DNA of 40,663 nucleotides from a virus (Duplodnaviria; Heunggongvirae; Uroviricota; Caudoviricetes): IMG/VR virus record IMGVR_UViG_2874951433_000008; one strand, 5' to 3'. Shown piece by piece: positions 28,622 to 38,128 of this stretch (position 1 is its first letter; each line of letters starts with the position of its first letter). The notes under the pieces were generated by a model. It saw only the letters and a program-made list of their open reading frames with translations, ran no database searches and was not told where the DNA came from. The position numbers and the translations under genes were made by a program.

Positions 28622-30087
28622 TGGCACGAAACAAACAAGCCCTGCGGCGAACTGTGCAGGCCACAGCTGATGGTTATGAGAATTTTATTGCCCAAGTAGG
28701 GATGCAGACACCTAACCAGCACTCAGCATCCACCTACCGGGCTAATTTCACCAGTCGTAACCGCATGCTGGTGGAATGGTCCTATCGTTCATCCTGGATC
28801 ATCGGCGAAGCAGTCGATGCTATCCCGGATGATATGACCCGCAAAGGCATTCGCATCACTTCGGAAATTGATGCAAAAGATCGTGGCATTCTCGAATCAC
28901 AACTGGATGAGTTGCAAATCTGGGATGCGCTGAATGACGTGCTGAAATGGTCGCGCCTCTACGGCGGCGCGGTGGGTTTCATCATGATTGAGGGGCAGGC
29001 ACCAATGACCCCGCTGCGACCCGAAACCATCGGTAAGGGCAAGTTTAAGGGGATTCTCCCGCTCGACCGCTGGATGGTCGACCCGGCACTGACCCGCCGC
29101 ATTAAAGATATGGGGCCGGACCTGGGTAAACCTGAGTTTTACGATGTGGTGACCACAGCAACGGGAATTCCTGCCTGGCGCATTCATCACAGTCGCCTGA
29201 TTCGCTTTGATGGCGTCACGTTGCCATTTCAGCAGAAGATGACCGAGAACGAATGGGGAATGTCGGTTGTAGAGCGTATCTGGGATCGTCTTACCGCGTT
29301 CGACAGCGCTACTGTCGGCGCGGCGCAGCTGGTCTACAAGGCGCATTTGCGTACCTACAGCGTGGAGAAGCTACGCGAGCTTATCGCACTTGGTGGTCCT
29401 GCGTATGAAGCGTTGCTGAAGAATATCGACCTGATTCGACAGTTCCAGAGTAATGAAGGCATGACGCTCATGGACTCGCGGGATAAGTTTGAAACCCATC
29501 AGTACAGCTTCAGTGGTCTGGATGACATCCTTTCGCAGTTTGCAGAACAGATTAGTGGCGCTGTTGGTATCCCACTGGTGCGGTTGTTCGGACAGTCCCC
29601 GAAAGGATTTTCTACCGGTGATGCAGACCTTGCCAACTATTACGATCGCATCAGTTCGTTGCAGGAGAGGCGTTTACGTCTTCCGGTGCGGCGGATACTG
29701 GACATCATGCATCGTTCGGAACTTGGCAAGCCGCTGCCGGACGATTTCACGTTTGAGTTTAACCCGCTCTGGCAAATGTCTGATGTCGATCGCTCAACGG
29801 TGGCGTTAAACACCACCAACGCAATCAGTACGGCGCTGGGTGATGGTCTGATGACACTGAAAGCCGCTATGACTGATTTGCGAGAAAATTCTGACGTAAC
29901 CGGCATAGGGGCATCCATTACCAACGAGGACATCGAGAATGCCGAAGATGAAGCGCCGCCCGGCATCGGCGAACCTGATGACGAACCGCAGGAGCCGTCA
30001 GGCGGAAATCCGGTATCGAACCAGCCTACGCAGGATAGCGAGGGCGGTCGGAGACATCGTAAATGGTCGCTACGATGGTTCAAATGA
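28621..30087 (+). CDS. Phage portal protein
   Basis: 488-aa ORF positioned right after the terminase; acidic C-terminal tail; translationally coupled (TGATG). Confidence 0.7.
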   Translation: MARNKQALRRTVQATADGYENFIAQVGMQTPNQHSASTYRANFTSRNRMLVEWSYRSSWIIGEAVDAIPDDMTRKGIRITSEIDAKDRGILESQLDELQIWDALNDVLKWSRLYGGAVGFIMIEGQAPMTPLRPETIGKGKFKGILPLDRWMVDPALTRRIKDMGPDLGKPEFYDVVTTATGIPAWRIHHSRLIRFDGVTLPFQQKMTENEWGMSVVERIWDRLTAFDSATVGAAQLVYKAHLRTYSVEKLRELIALGGPAYEALLKNIDLIRQFQSNEGMTLMDSRDKFETHQYSFSGLDDILSQFAEQISGAVGIPLVRLFGQSPKGFSTGDADLANYYDRISSLQERRLRLPVRRILDIMHRSELGKPLPDDFTFEFNPLWQMSDVDRSTVALNTTNAISTALGDGLMTLKAAMTDLRENSDVTGIGASITNEDIENAEDEAPPGIGEPDDEPQEPSGGNPVSNQPTQDSEGGRRHRKWSLRWFK

Positions 30088-30721
30088 CAGTATCACGGAA
30101 ATTATTGCGGCGCTGGAGCGTTACAGTGAAATCATCACCCCCTGGGCGACAAAGGTCGCGGAAAACTTTACTGCGGACCTAACCCGGCAGAACGAGAAAG
30201 TTTGGCGGCAACACAGCAAGAACATCAGTCGCGAGCTCCGCAATCTTGTGGAAAGCGCTCCTGTGGGCCAGGTGATGCAATCCATCATCGCCGAACAGGT
30301 CAAGTACATCAAATCTCTGCCTCTCGAGGCCGCAGACAGGGTGTACGACATCCAGAACAAAGCGATAGAGGCTGTTGTCACCGGTGGTCGGGCGGAGCAG
30401 TTTGCTAAAGAGATTGCATCTACCGGCGATGTTGCTAAGTCTAGGGCCGATCTGATTGCCCGAACGGAACTGGGAAGAGCAACGGGCGCGCTGGATATGG
30501 CCCGAGCGATAGCTATTGGCTCGGATGGTTATATTTGGCGTACAGCCGATGATGGCGATGTCCGAGATTCCCACGATCACATGAAAGGTAAATTCGTCCG
30601 CTGGGATTCACCTCCAACTTTGGACGGCATGACCGGCCACGCGGGCGAGCTGCCAAACTGCCGCTGCTATAAAGAGATCGTGTTTGTTCGCGTTCCATTC
30701 GCAATGAAAAGGGCAGCATAA
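29939..30721 (+). CDS. Phage head morphogenesis protein (SPP1 gp7 / Mu F-like); true start probably downstream of 29939
   Basis: The Mu F/gp7-like family assignment is made from memory of the sequence pattern; the ORF overlaps the portal 3' end by 149 bp in another frame. Confidence 0.6.
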   Translation: MPKMKRRPASANLMTNRRSRQAEIRYRTSLRRIARAVGDIVNGRYDGSNDSITEIIAALERYSEIITPWATKVAENFTADLTRQNEKVWRQHSKNISRELRNLVESAPVGQVMQSIIAEQVKYIKSLPLEAADRVYDIQNKAIEAVVTGGRAEQFAKEIASTGDVAKSRADLIARTELGRATGALDMARAIAIGSDGYIWRTADDGDVRDSHDHMKGKFVRWDSPPTLDGMTGHAGELPNCRCYKEIVFVRVPFAMKRAA

Positions 30722-30724
30722 CCC

Positions 30725-31945
30725 ATGAAATACTTTTTTGAGACCAGGCTCGGGGAAACCCGATACCGCCTGGCTGACGGCTCGTTGCTGTGCAAAGACG
30801 TGCCGATAGGACGAACAGGTAAGCAGCTCTATGGTGCTGATGACCTGCCAAAACTGAAACCCGATAAGTTCGTTGAAATAGTCGTCACGCGTTCTCCTGA
30901 GCAGGTATTCCATCCGGCCACGCTTGCCTCATTCGAAGGGATGAGCATCACGATCCTGCATCCTGAAGATGAAAACGGGAATGTGCGGCTGGTAAATCCC
31001 GAGAACTGGAAAGTGCTTGCTGTCGGGCACCTCCAGAATGTCCGGCGCGGGACGGGTGAGCAGTCTGATTTGATGCTGGCTGACCTTATCGTCAAAGACG
31101 AAAGCGCCATTCAGCTTATCGAAGATGGCCTGCGCGAAGTGTCGTGCGGCTATGACGCGGAGTACGAGCAGACCGAGCCAGGTAAAGCCGAGCAGGTCGA
31201 TATTACCGGAAACCATGTGGCTCTTGTCCCTAAAGGCAGAGCCGGAAATCGTTGTGCAATTGGAGACAGAGACACAATGGCAAATCAAAAGAAAAACTGG
31301 TGGAACCGCATGCGTGCGGCCATCAAGACAGGAGATGCCGACACCATGAACGAACTGGTGGAGTCGGCTCCCGCATCGGTTACAGGAGATGAGGGGGATT
31401 TGCCGCAGGGCGTTAATCTCAACATCAACCTGTCCCCGCAGCAACCACTACCGGACAAAGCACCAGAGATGGGCGGAGATCCAACCGGCGACAGTGATGA
31501 TGACCTCAAAACATTACTGAAAGCCCTGCTGGCTAAGCTGGAAAGAAATGCCACGGGCGATAACGATAATAAGCCTGACGATAATCCGACCGGTGACGGC
31601 GAGGACGATGAAGAGGAAACCACGATTACTGGTGACTCAGCCTGGCGTGCCGAAGTTATCGTTCCGGGTATCGATCTGAGCCGTAAGATGAAACCGACCG
31701 CGTTCAAACGCGAGGTTCTGGCTTCTGCTGACAAAACGCTGGTTCGCCAGATAGTCGGTGATGCGGATATCCGCAAATTACCGAAACAATCGGTCGACAT
31801 GGCGTTTAATGCCGTGTCTGAGGTTGCCAAAGGGCGAAACACCCGCGCCACCACCGGCGATGCACAGCGCCTAAACATGGGCATGACCAGTATCGCTTCC
31901 CTGAACAAACAAAACGCTGAATTCTGGGCAAACCGTAAAGGGTAA
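30725..31945 (+). CDS. Putative capsid scaffolding/assembly protein (acidic central region)
   Basis: 406-aa ORF between the morphogenesis and decoration/capsid genes; D/E-rich tract …GDSDDDLK…DGEDDEEETT…. Confidence 0.55.
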   Translation: MKYFFETRLGETRYRLADGSLLCKDVPIGRTGKQLYGADDLPKLKPDKFVEIVVTRSPEQVFHPATLASFEGMSITILHPEDENGNVRLVNPENWKVLAVGHLQNVRRGTGEQSDLMLADLIVKDESAIQLIEDGLREVSCGYDAEYEQTEPGKAEQVDITGNHVALVPKGRAGNRCAIGDRDTMANQKKNWWNRMRAAIKTGDADTMNELVESAPASVTGDEGDLPQGVNLNINLSPQQPLPDKAPEMGGDPTGDSDDDLKTLLKALLAKLERNATGDNDNKPDDNPTGDGEDDEEETTITGDSAWRAEVIVPGIDLSRKMKPTAFKREVLASADKTLVRQIVGDADIRKLPKQSVDMAFNAVSEVAKGRNTRATTGDAQRLNMGMTSIASLNKQNAEFWANRKG

Positions 31946-31948
31946 AAA

Positions 31949-32455
31949 ATGAATAATGTATTTCTGTACCGGATGCCTGTTGGCATTGCCGGGGCTGTCT
32001 CTCGCCCGCAGGACTTAACCGTCGAACCGGTGGTCCTTAAATCCGATAACGCCTTCGCTGCCTATGGCCTGGCTGGTAAATACGATGATGACGGTTTTTT
32101 CGTGCCGCTGGCAGATGGTGATACCGCAGACAAGGTGAAGGGGATCTACGTGCGCCCTTATCCGACCACGTCGCAGCCGGACATGGTTCGCCAGGTGGGA
32201 ACAGGCAAGAACTTCCCGGGCGACGCCATGAAGCGTGGCTACGTGACCGTTAATCTCGGTTCTGATTTTGATGCCAGCACTATCAAAAAAGGCGATCCGG
32301 TATACGTTGTCGTCTCCACTGATGAATCCATCAAAGTGCCTCTGGGTGGATTCATGTCCACGTCAGTCAGTGGCAAAAACGTGGTGCTGACCAACGCTGA
32401 ATTCACAGGTGCCGGTGATGCTGACGGCAATGCAGAAATTTCCTGGAAGATTTAA
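31949..32455 (+). CDS. Putative head decoration/structural protein
   Basis: 168-aa ORF directly upstream of the major capsid gene. Confidence 0.5.
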   Translation: MNNVFLYRMPVGIAGAVSRPQDLTVEPVVLKSDNAFAAYGLAGKYDDDGFFVPLADGDTADKVKGIYVRPYPTTSQPDMVRQVGTGKNFPGDAMKRGYVTVNLGSDFDASTIKKGDPVYVVVSTDESIKVPLGGFMSTSVSGKNVVLTNAEFTGAGDADGNAEISWKI

Positions 32456-32466
32456 GGAACAGACGA

Positions 32467-33408
32467 ATGATTACTTTTGATCAGGCAACCGTTGACAGCT
32501 CTGGTGCCTTTCTCATCGGGGAGCTGGAGCGACTCGACCAGACGCTGAACCTGCCACTGGTGGGGTACACCTGGAGCCGCGATATTCAACTGCGTGAAGA
32601 CATCTCCATCGCAGATGACATTTCCAGCTGGACGAATACCAGCTTCGCCGCTGCGGGTACTGGCGCAAATCCGAATGGAAAAAACTGGGTAGGCAAAGAC
32701 TCAACCGCTATTGCTGGCGTGAACGTGGATATCGGCAAATCCGGTAACCCGCTGAACCTGTGGGGGATGGAACTTGGCTGGACGGTCATAGAATTGCAGG
32801 CTGCTCAGCAGGTCGGCCGCCCGATTGATACGCAGAAGTATGACGGTATGCAACTGAAATGGCAGATGGATAACGATGAACAGGTATATGTTGGCGATTC
32901 CGCATTAAACCTGAAAGGCCTTGTTACCCTGGACGGCGTGCCTGTCAACAACGCTGCCAAAACGTGGGCAACCTCAACACCGGACGAAATCCGCGCAAGC
33001 ATTAACCAGGTGCTGTCTGATGCGTGGGCCGCTTCTGGTTACTCTGTGGTTCCGCGTGATTTGCTGATCCCGCCTGAGCAGTTTGCTCTGTTGTCCAGCA
33101 TCATCGTTTCATCTGCAGGTAACCAGTCCCTGTTGACGAACCTTCAGACCAACACCATCAGCTATCACCAGAACGGTGTTCCGCTGAATATCCGCGCGGT
33201 TAAATGGCTGAAAGGCCGTGGTGTGGGGAATAAGGATCGCATGGTTGCGTACACCAACGATAAAAAATACGTCCGCTACCCGCTGGTTCCGCTTCAGAGC
33301 GTGCCGGTGCAGTATCGCGGTCTGTATCAGATCGTCACTTACTACGGCAAGCTGGGTGCAGTCGAGCCAGTGTACAAAGAAACCATTTCGTACGTTGATG
33401 GCATTTAA
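32467..33408 (+). CDS. Major capsid protein
   Basis: 313-aa ORF with GGAACAGACGA-ATG spacing, in the expected position after scaffold and decoration genes. Confidence 0.65.
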   Translation: MITFDQATVDSSGAFLIGELERLDQTLNLPLVGYTWSRDIQLREDISIADDISSWTNTSFAAAGTGANPNGKNWVGKDSTAIAGVNVDIGKSGNPLNLWGMELGWTVIELQAAQQVGRPIDTQKYDGMQLKWQMDNDEQVYVGDSALNLKGLVTLDGVPVNNAAKTWATSTPDEIRASINQVLSDAWAASGYSVVPRDLLIPPEQFALLSSIIVSSAGNQSLLTNLQTNTISYHQNGVPLNIRAVKWLKGRGVGNKDRMVAYTNDKKYVRYPLVPLQSVPVQYRGLYQIVTYYGKLGAVEPVYKETISYVDGI

Positions 33409-33449
33409 CAGCCACATGGCCCCCTGGCGGGGCCATTAAGGATGACCCG

Positions 33450-33648
33450 ATGGCAAAAAATGATGCAGTAATACACGTACATACCCCGTTTGTGCTCACG
33501 CTTCCCGACGGTTCTCGGCGCGAGTTTGTTAAAGGCCGTCATGTTGTGGAGGAAGACGTTGCCACGCACTGGTTCACTCGTGCGCACGCGGAAGTATCCG
33601 TTGGCAAAGCCACAGACGCGCGTAACGAGGTAAAAAATGCCAAAGAAT
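33450..33648 (+). pseudogene. Small head-module ORF truncated at its 3' end by IS600 copy 4
   Basis: MAKNDAVIHVHTPFVLTLPDGSRREFVKGRHVVEEDVATHWFTRAHAEVSVGKATDARNEVKNAKEL then reads into the IS600 terminus. Confidence 0.5.
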
Positions 33649-33691
33649 TGAGGTGTACTGGCAATAGCGGACACTACCATTTGTTCTTTTT

Positions 33692-34483
33692 TTAAGCAGC
33701 CATCTGATGATATTTTTCCCTGAAGGCTGCCGGGGAGATATTCCCCAGACGAGAGTGACGACGCTGACGATTGTAGAAAATCTCAATGTATTCCCGTATT
33801 ACTGAGATGGCTTCATCCCGGTTATTAAAACGATAGTGGCTCAGGCTCTCATTTTTCAGCGTTCCCCAGAAGCTTTCCATCGGAGCGTTGTCGTAACAGT
33901 TACCTTTACGCGACATTGATGTTTTCAGACCAAACTGCTCCTGTATGACCCGGTAATCGTATGCGCAGTACTGTGAACCTCGATCAGAGTGGTGGATTAG
34001 CCCGGCAGGTGGGCGCTGGCTCCTGAGCGCCATAAACAGGGCTTTACCTGTCAGCTCTTTTGTCATGCGCTCTCCCATGGCGTAGCCGACAATTTCGCAC
34101 GTATAAACATCTTTGATGCCAGCAACATACGTCAGGTCCGCCACCCAGACCTGATTTGGTGCTGTAGGAGCGAACGTCTGGTTCAGCAGATTTGGCGCAA
34201 CTGGCAGATTGTGGTTCGGGTTCGTAGTCGCTCTGAACTTGCGTTTCTGCTTACAGCGTAGCCTCAGCTCCTTACGAAGACGTGCCAGTCGGTCACGACC
34301 AACGATGATGCCATTCTCTGCCAGCTCCGTCTGGAGCCGCCGGGTTCCATATGTTTCGCGAGTGCGGATATGTGCCACCTTAATCTCCAGTTTTAGCCGC
34401 TCATCACTTTGTTTTCTGTCTGAGGGTTCATGCTGTACCCAGTTGTAATAACCGCTCCTGGATACACCAAATACCTGACACAT
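33692..34483 (-). CDS. IS600 OrfB with internal 9-aa deletion
   Basis: Identical to 17835..18626. Confidence 0.85.
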   Translation of the reverse strand: MCQVFGVSRSGYYNWVQHEPSDRKQSDERLKLEIKVAHIRTRETYGTRRLQTELAENGIIVGRDRLARLRKELRLRCKQKRKFRATTNPNHNLPVAPNLLNQTFAPTAPNQVWVADLTYVAGIKDVYTCEIVGYAMGERMTKELTGKALFMALRSQRPPAGLIHHSDRGSQYCAYDYRVIQEQFGLKTSMSRKGNCYDNAPMESFWGTLKNESLSHYRFNNRDEAISVIREYIEIFYNRQRRHSRLGNISPAAFREKYHQMAA

Positions 34484-34518
34484 CGCTTCAATGGGAAATT
34501 GTTGTCGCCATTGTTCGA

Positions 34519-34821
34519 TTAACGCGTATTTTTCAGCGACTCCTGTGCAAAATACGCTGTTGCTTTTTTTAATATATCGCGCTCAAGGCGAGCTTCATTT
34601 AACGCCTTACGCAGTTGCAGAATTTCAGATTCCAGTTCAGCCACCGTGCGGGAACCAGGAGTACCGAGCCCTTTTCTGGCGGCGGTAACCCATTGTCCTA
34701 AAGTGCCTTCAGGAAGGGATAATCGGGAAGCGCCTTCACTGATCGAAAGTTGATTTTCAAGAACCGTTCTGACAGCTTCGGCTTTGAACTCTTTAGAGTA
34801 ACGTTGGGTTTTTCTGCTCAT
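34519..34821 (-). CDS. IS600 OrfA
   Basis: Identical to 18662..18964. Confidence 0.88.
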   Translation of the reverse strand: MSRKTQRYSKEFKAEAVRTVLENQLSISEGASRLSLPEGTLGQWVTAARKGLGTPGSRTVAELESEILQLRKALNEARLERDILKKATAYFAQESLKNTR

Positions 34822-34885
34822 TATTAGCTCCTTCTGATGCCATTCTATTTCAGGAAGGAGTGTCCGTTAAACTCAGGCTATCTCA

Positions 34886-36517
34886 ATAAACCGTGCTGTG
34901 TAACTGCTGTGGATCAAATCTGACCACAACTTTTTTCACTCCGGCATTCATTAATGCCATGTTGTAATAAACGTTTTTCGCGCCTTTAAGGGAGCCGCCA
35001 ACTTTAAGCGTAAACTCGCCTTTGCGTGAAACGTTCACCGCCTCGGCAGGCAGTAACAGCATCCGTTTTTGTTCTTCGGTTGGCTTACGCACAATCGTTC
35101 TGGCGTATTCACGCTCGAAAACATCATCAAACGAGAGTTTGCCCCCGCACATTTCTGTTTCACGGCCTGTTCTGGCATTGAACATCGCCACACCTTCAGC
35201 AAAGGTTTTCAGAAACAGCTCTGCATCAACAGCGTGGTCGCCATAGTTATCAGGTTTTGCCTGCGGATTTGGCCCCGTATATGCGCCAGCCAGTGCCGGA
35301 TGCTTATCAACGTATTCCTCAAGCCCACCAACACCGAAAGCACGTTCAACAGGTTTTGCCTGGCCCCAGCCTTTACCGGCAACAACGCTTGTCCAGTGCA
35401 TTTTCGCACCCATCAGTAAAAACAGTCCTTTTGGATCGTCCTCTTTTACCTTAAAGCGGTAGCGATTGGGCGCGCCTCCCGTCAGCCATTTATTCGCAGC
35501 ACCACGGGTGTTATCAATGGTGATGTGAAAATCCTCCGGGATACTGTAGCGAGTCACAACATCCATGAACGAGAGGCGAATTGAATCAATGTTCTCGCTC
35601 ACATCGCAGCGCCAGCCCAGAATTTTTCGGGTTTTCACATCCTGCCAGAACCATGTTTTCGGACGGATCACATCACCGTTAAACCAGCGTACAAAGACGT
35701 TATGCAGATAACCGTCGCCGTTGATCCACTGCATGGCGTCCAGGTGTTCCACAGTTCGCTGCTGTGCCGGTATCAGATGCATCAGTGCATGTTCACCTTC
35801 ACGACAGGCAACAACCATTGCCTCGTCCAGTTGCTGAATCCGGCGAAAGGCCGTGGCACGGGAGGGAATACTCCAGCCATGCTCGCGGGCTGCCAGTTCC
35901 AGACGCTCATAACATTTGCGGAAGGCGGGTTTTTCCGGTCGCAGATAATCTGCAATCAGAAACTGCCAGGCATCCTCGTCAAATTCACTTTTGTGAACAT
36001 TGCGACGGGATGCTCCACGTCCATCAACAAGTGCAGCCGCCCAGTCAGGCTTCGCAAACTTCTGTACCTGGTAATACTTGTCCCGCAAAGTGGATGCGCT
36101 GACCTGGTAATGCCCTGCAACGGTCGCAAAAGCCGTTTTCGTTGAAATCCCCTGGTTCAGCATTTCGTCTGTGGCCTGAATTGAGGGCAACCATTTTTCA
36201 GCCAGGCTGCGCTGGGAATCGCTGGCTTTATCCCATTTGCTCCATAGTGCCTCACGATCATAATCATGAGCTTCCAGCGTGGGGCGGGCGATTTCAAAAC
36301 ATCCCTGACTGGTTTTAAATTTTCCTTGTTGGAGCAAAACTTCAGCTCGAGCAATGTTAGGAAGAGAAGATATATGGTATTCGTAAGCAACCCCTCTAAT
36401 TCCTTCTCTTCTTCTCTTGAGCCATCCTTCTCTCTGAGCTCTTTTGTGAACCCCCATTAATGAACCAGGTAAACCAGATAAATCCATGCATTCAATTGCT
36501 GATATCCACTCTCTCAT
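34886..36517 (-). pseudogene. Mu-type transposase A, C-terminally truncated by IS600 (about 544 of ~660 residues retained)
   Basis: Long match to my recollection of MuA (…[23 protein letters not shown]…[36 protein letters not shown]…[14 protein letters not shown]), with a divergent N-terminal DNA-binding domain; it ends in the IS600 terminus. Confidence 0.85.
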
Positions 36518-36746
36518 TGTGATCCCTTAGATATCTACTAGGCCAAATTTCCTCAGGTTTCATGTTTAAGGCGTCAGCAATAATGCGTTCACCTTTAGGC
36601 CATGGCCTGACTAATGCATTTGCAAGCGTCCCGGTTGAATAACCTGAACGTCTGGACAATTTTGCCAGAGGGGTTCCTGTTTTTTTGAGGGCCGCAATCA
36701 CGTCGGCCCGATGCCAATCGTTACTCATCTTTCGCACACCAACCAT
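36492..36746 (-). CDS. ner: Ner-like DNA-binding regulator
   Basis: …[13 protein letters not shown]…LANAL…WPKGE…IIA…AL…[10 protein letters not shown] matches the Ner/Nlp family; start may be the internal ATG at 36728. Confidence 0.75.
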
Positions 36747-36899
36747 ATTGCGTATGATAAAGGGTTACCAAAACAAATAATTCGTCTTGATTATCTGTTT
36801 TATACATTACCAAATAAACCAAACCGGTTTATATCAGTTGATGTGGTTTATTTTGTAATCCATTGATTTTTATATAGATAAATCTGGTAAACTTAGTTT

Positions 36900-37409
36900 A
36901 TGAAAAGCGCAAATGAGATAAACCAGTGGATGACACCCAAACAAATTACTGAACTGGATGGAATGCCTGGGACAATACAGGGGGTGCATAAACGAGCAAA
37001 GAAAGAAGGATGGCCGAAGCGTTCACAAGAAGGGCGTCGCGGGCCTGGGGTTGAATATATCCCGGCAATACCGGCTATGCAAAAAATTGCTATCGAAGAA
37101 ATGAATGCTGATACATTGAAAATGTTCTCCCTGTTAATCAATAAACTAGGAGAAAATGAAGTCCGAGAGATAGAGCTAAACATGGCTAAATATGGGCTTT
37201 CTGGATTAATGCAAGAACGCCCCTCCATCTCCGTTGACACCCTATTGGCAACGCTGGGTATTGATCGCCAAACACTACAAACAGCTTTGGCGCTGCATAA
37301 ATTACCTCCAGAAACTCGCCAAGAGATTTTGTCAATGTATGGTGTTCATAAACAGGAAGAGCCTGTAGCTCCTTTGTTGGAACCACAAGATGCGAAAAAA
37401 GCCGTATAA
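36900..37409 (+). CDS. Mu/D108-type repressor c
   Basis: 169-aa ORF whose N-terminus (…TELDGMPGTIQGVHKRAKKEGWPKR…) parallels the N-terminal DNA-binding domain of the adjacent A protein; divergent from ner. Confidence 0.7.
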   Translation: MKSANEINQWMTPKQITELDGMPGTIQGVHKRAKKEGWPKRSQEGRRGPGVEYIPAIPAMQKIAIEEMNADTLKMFSLLINKLGENEVREIELNMAKYGLSGLMQERPSISVDTLLATLGIDRQTLQTALALHKLPPETRQEILSMYGVHKQEEPVAPLLEPQDAKKAV

Positions 37410-37559
37410 CAACCATGAGCCAGCTAAAACATACTTCACCTCACATAATCACACATGTAACATACCTAAACGGCATGAGCTGATTTGTGATATGAGTCAT
37501 TTGGTGACAGCCTGGTTGTTATCGGTTTTGAACGTTTTTTGAAGCTATGATTGAAATGA

Positions 37560-37746
37560 TTTATAGTGTTTTTGTTTTTCGTTTTTTCAATGAAACAAAA
37601 GCAATTTTTTACTATCTTTCGCGTTTCATTGGTTAACGCCTAAAATTTGTACTACAGGCTTGCAAGCCCCACCAAATCTAATCCCATCAGATCCCGAATA
37701 ATCCAATGTTCTCCCGGTTTTTTCGTACTTCAAGTGAATCAATACA
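37560..37746 (-). repeat. Mu-type left end (attL) with transposase-binding sites
   Basis: Direct match to the Mu left-end sequence as I remember it; the element terminus …TGAATCAATACA abuts dpiA coding sequence. Confidence 0.75.
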
Positions 37747-38088
37747 CTGGGGCAAACGCTAACCCGTTTCCGCCAGCGTAAACATATGCTGGAAAGTATT
37801 GATAGCGCCAGCCAGAAGCAAATTGATGAGATGTTTAATGCCTATGCTCGCGGTGAACCCAAAGACGAACTGCCGACCGGCATTGACCCCTTGACGCTAA
37901 ACGCGGTGCGAAAACTGTTTAAAGAGCCTGGTGTGCAACATACGGCAGAAACGGTGGCGCAGGCACTGACCATCAGCCGCACCACTGCCAGGCGTTATCT
38001 TGAATATTGCGCCAGCCGCCATCTGATTATTGCTGAAATTGTTCACGGCAAAGTTGGCAGACCACAACGCATATACCACAGTGGGTGA
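37747..38088 (+). pseudogene. dpiA: 3' fragment of a two-component response regulator gene, dpiA/citB-like, truncated by the Mu-like insertion
   Basis: The reading frame is open from the first base after the Mu end (…MLESIDSASQKQIDEMFNAYARGEPKDELPTGIDPLTLNAVRKLFKEPGVQHTAETVAQALTISRTTARRYLEYCASRHLIIAEIVHGKVGRPQRIYHSG*); position next to dcuC agrees with the E. coli citAB-dcuC-pagP order. Confidence 0.7.
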
Positions 38089-38097
38089 CATGATAAA

Positions 38098-38120
38098 GCC
38101 GGAGGAAACTTGCCTCCGGC
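38098..38120. terminator. Hairpin between the convergent dpiA' and dcuC genes, possibly a shared terminator (GCCGGAGG-N7-CCTCCGGC)
   Basis: Perfect 8-bp stem between the two stop codons. Confidence 0.55.
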
Positions 38121-38128
38121 ATTACTAT

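Larger units (their letters stand above)
33649..34885 (-). mobile_element. IS600 copy 4 (1237 bp; same 27-bp orfB deletion as copy 3); no matching target duplication
   Basis: Termini as in the other copies (one mismatch, GCTATCTCA, at the end abutting the Mu A gene); left flank is a lambdoid head gene, right flank is an internal part of a Mu A-like gene. Confidence 0.9.
34886..37746 (-). mobile_element. Mu/D108-like transposable-prophage remnant (left end only: attL, c, ner and a 3'-truncated A)
   Basis: The terminal ~190 bp is the reverse complement of a Mu-type left end (…GAAGTACGAAAAAACCGGGAGAACATTGGATTATTCGGGATCTGATGGGATTAGATTTGGTGGGGCTTGCAAGCC…), ending at 37746. Confidence 0.85.

Noticed and set aside
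28897-30083. Minus-strand ORFs of 149 and 147 aa
   Set aside because: Antisense within the portal gene; no support.
31285-31986. 233-aa ORF on the minus strand
   Set aside because: Lies entirely antisense within the scaffold gene; composition is serine/proline-rich and typical of a shadow frame of a GC-biased coding region.
35702-36145. 147-aa and 112-aa plus-strand ORFs
   Set aside because: Antisense within the Mu A-like transposase gene; shadow frames.
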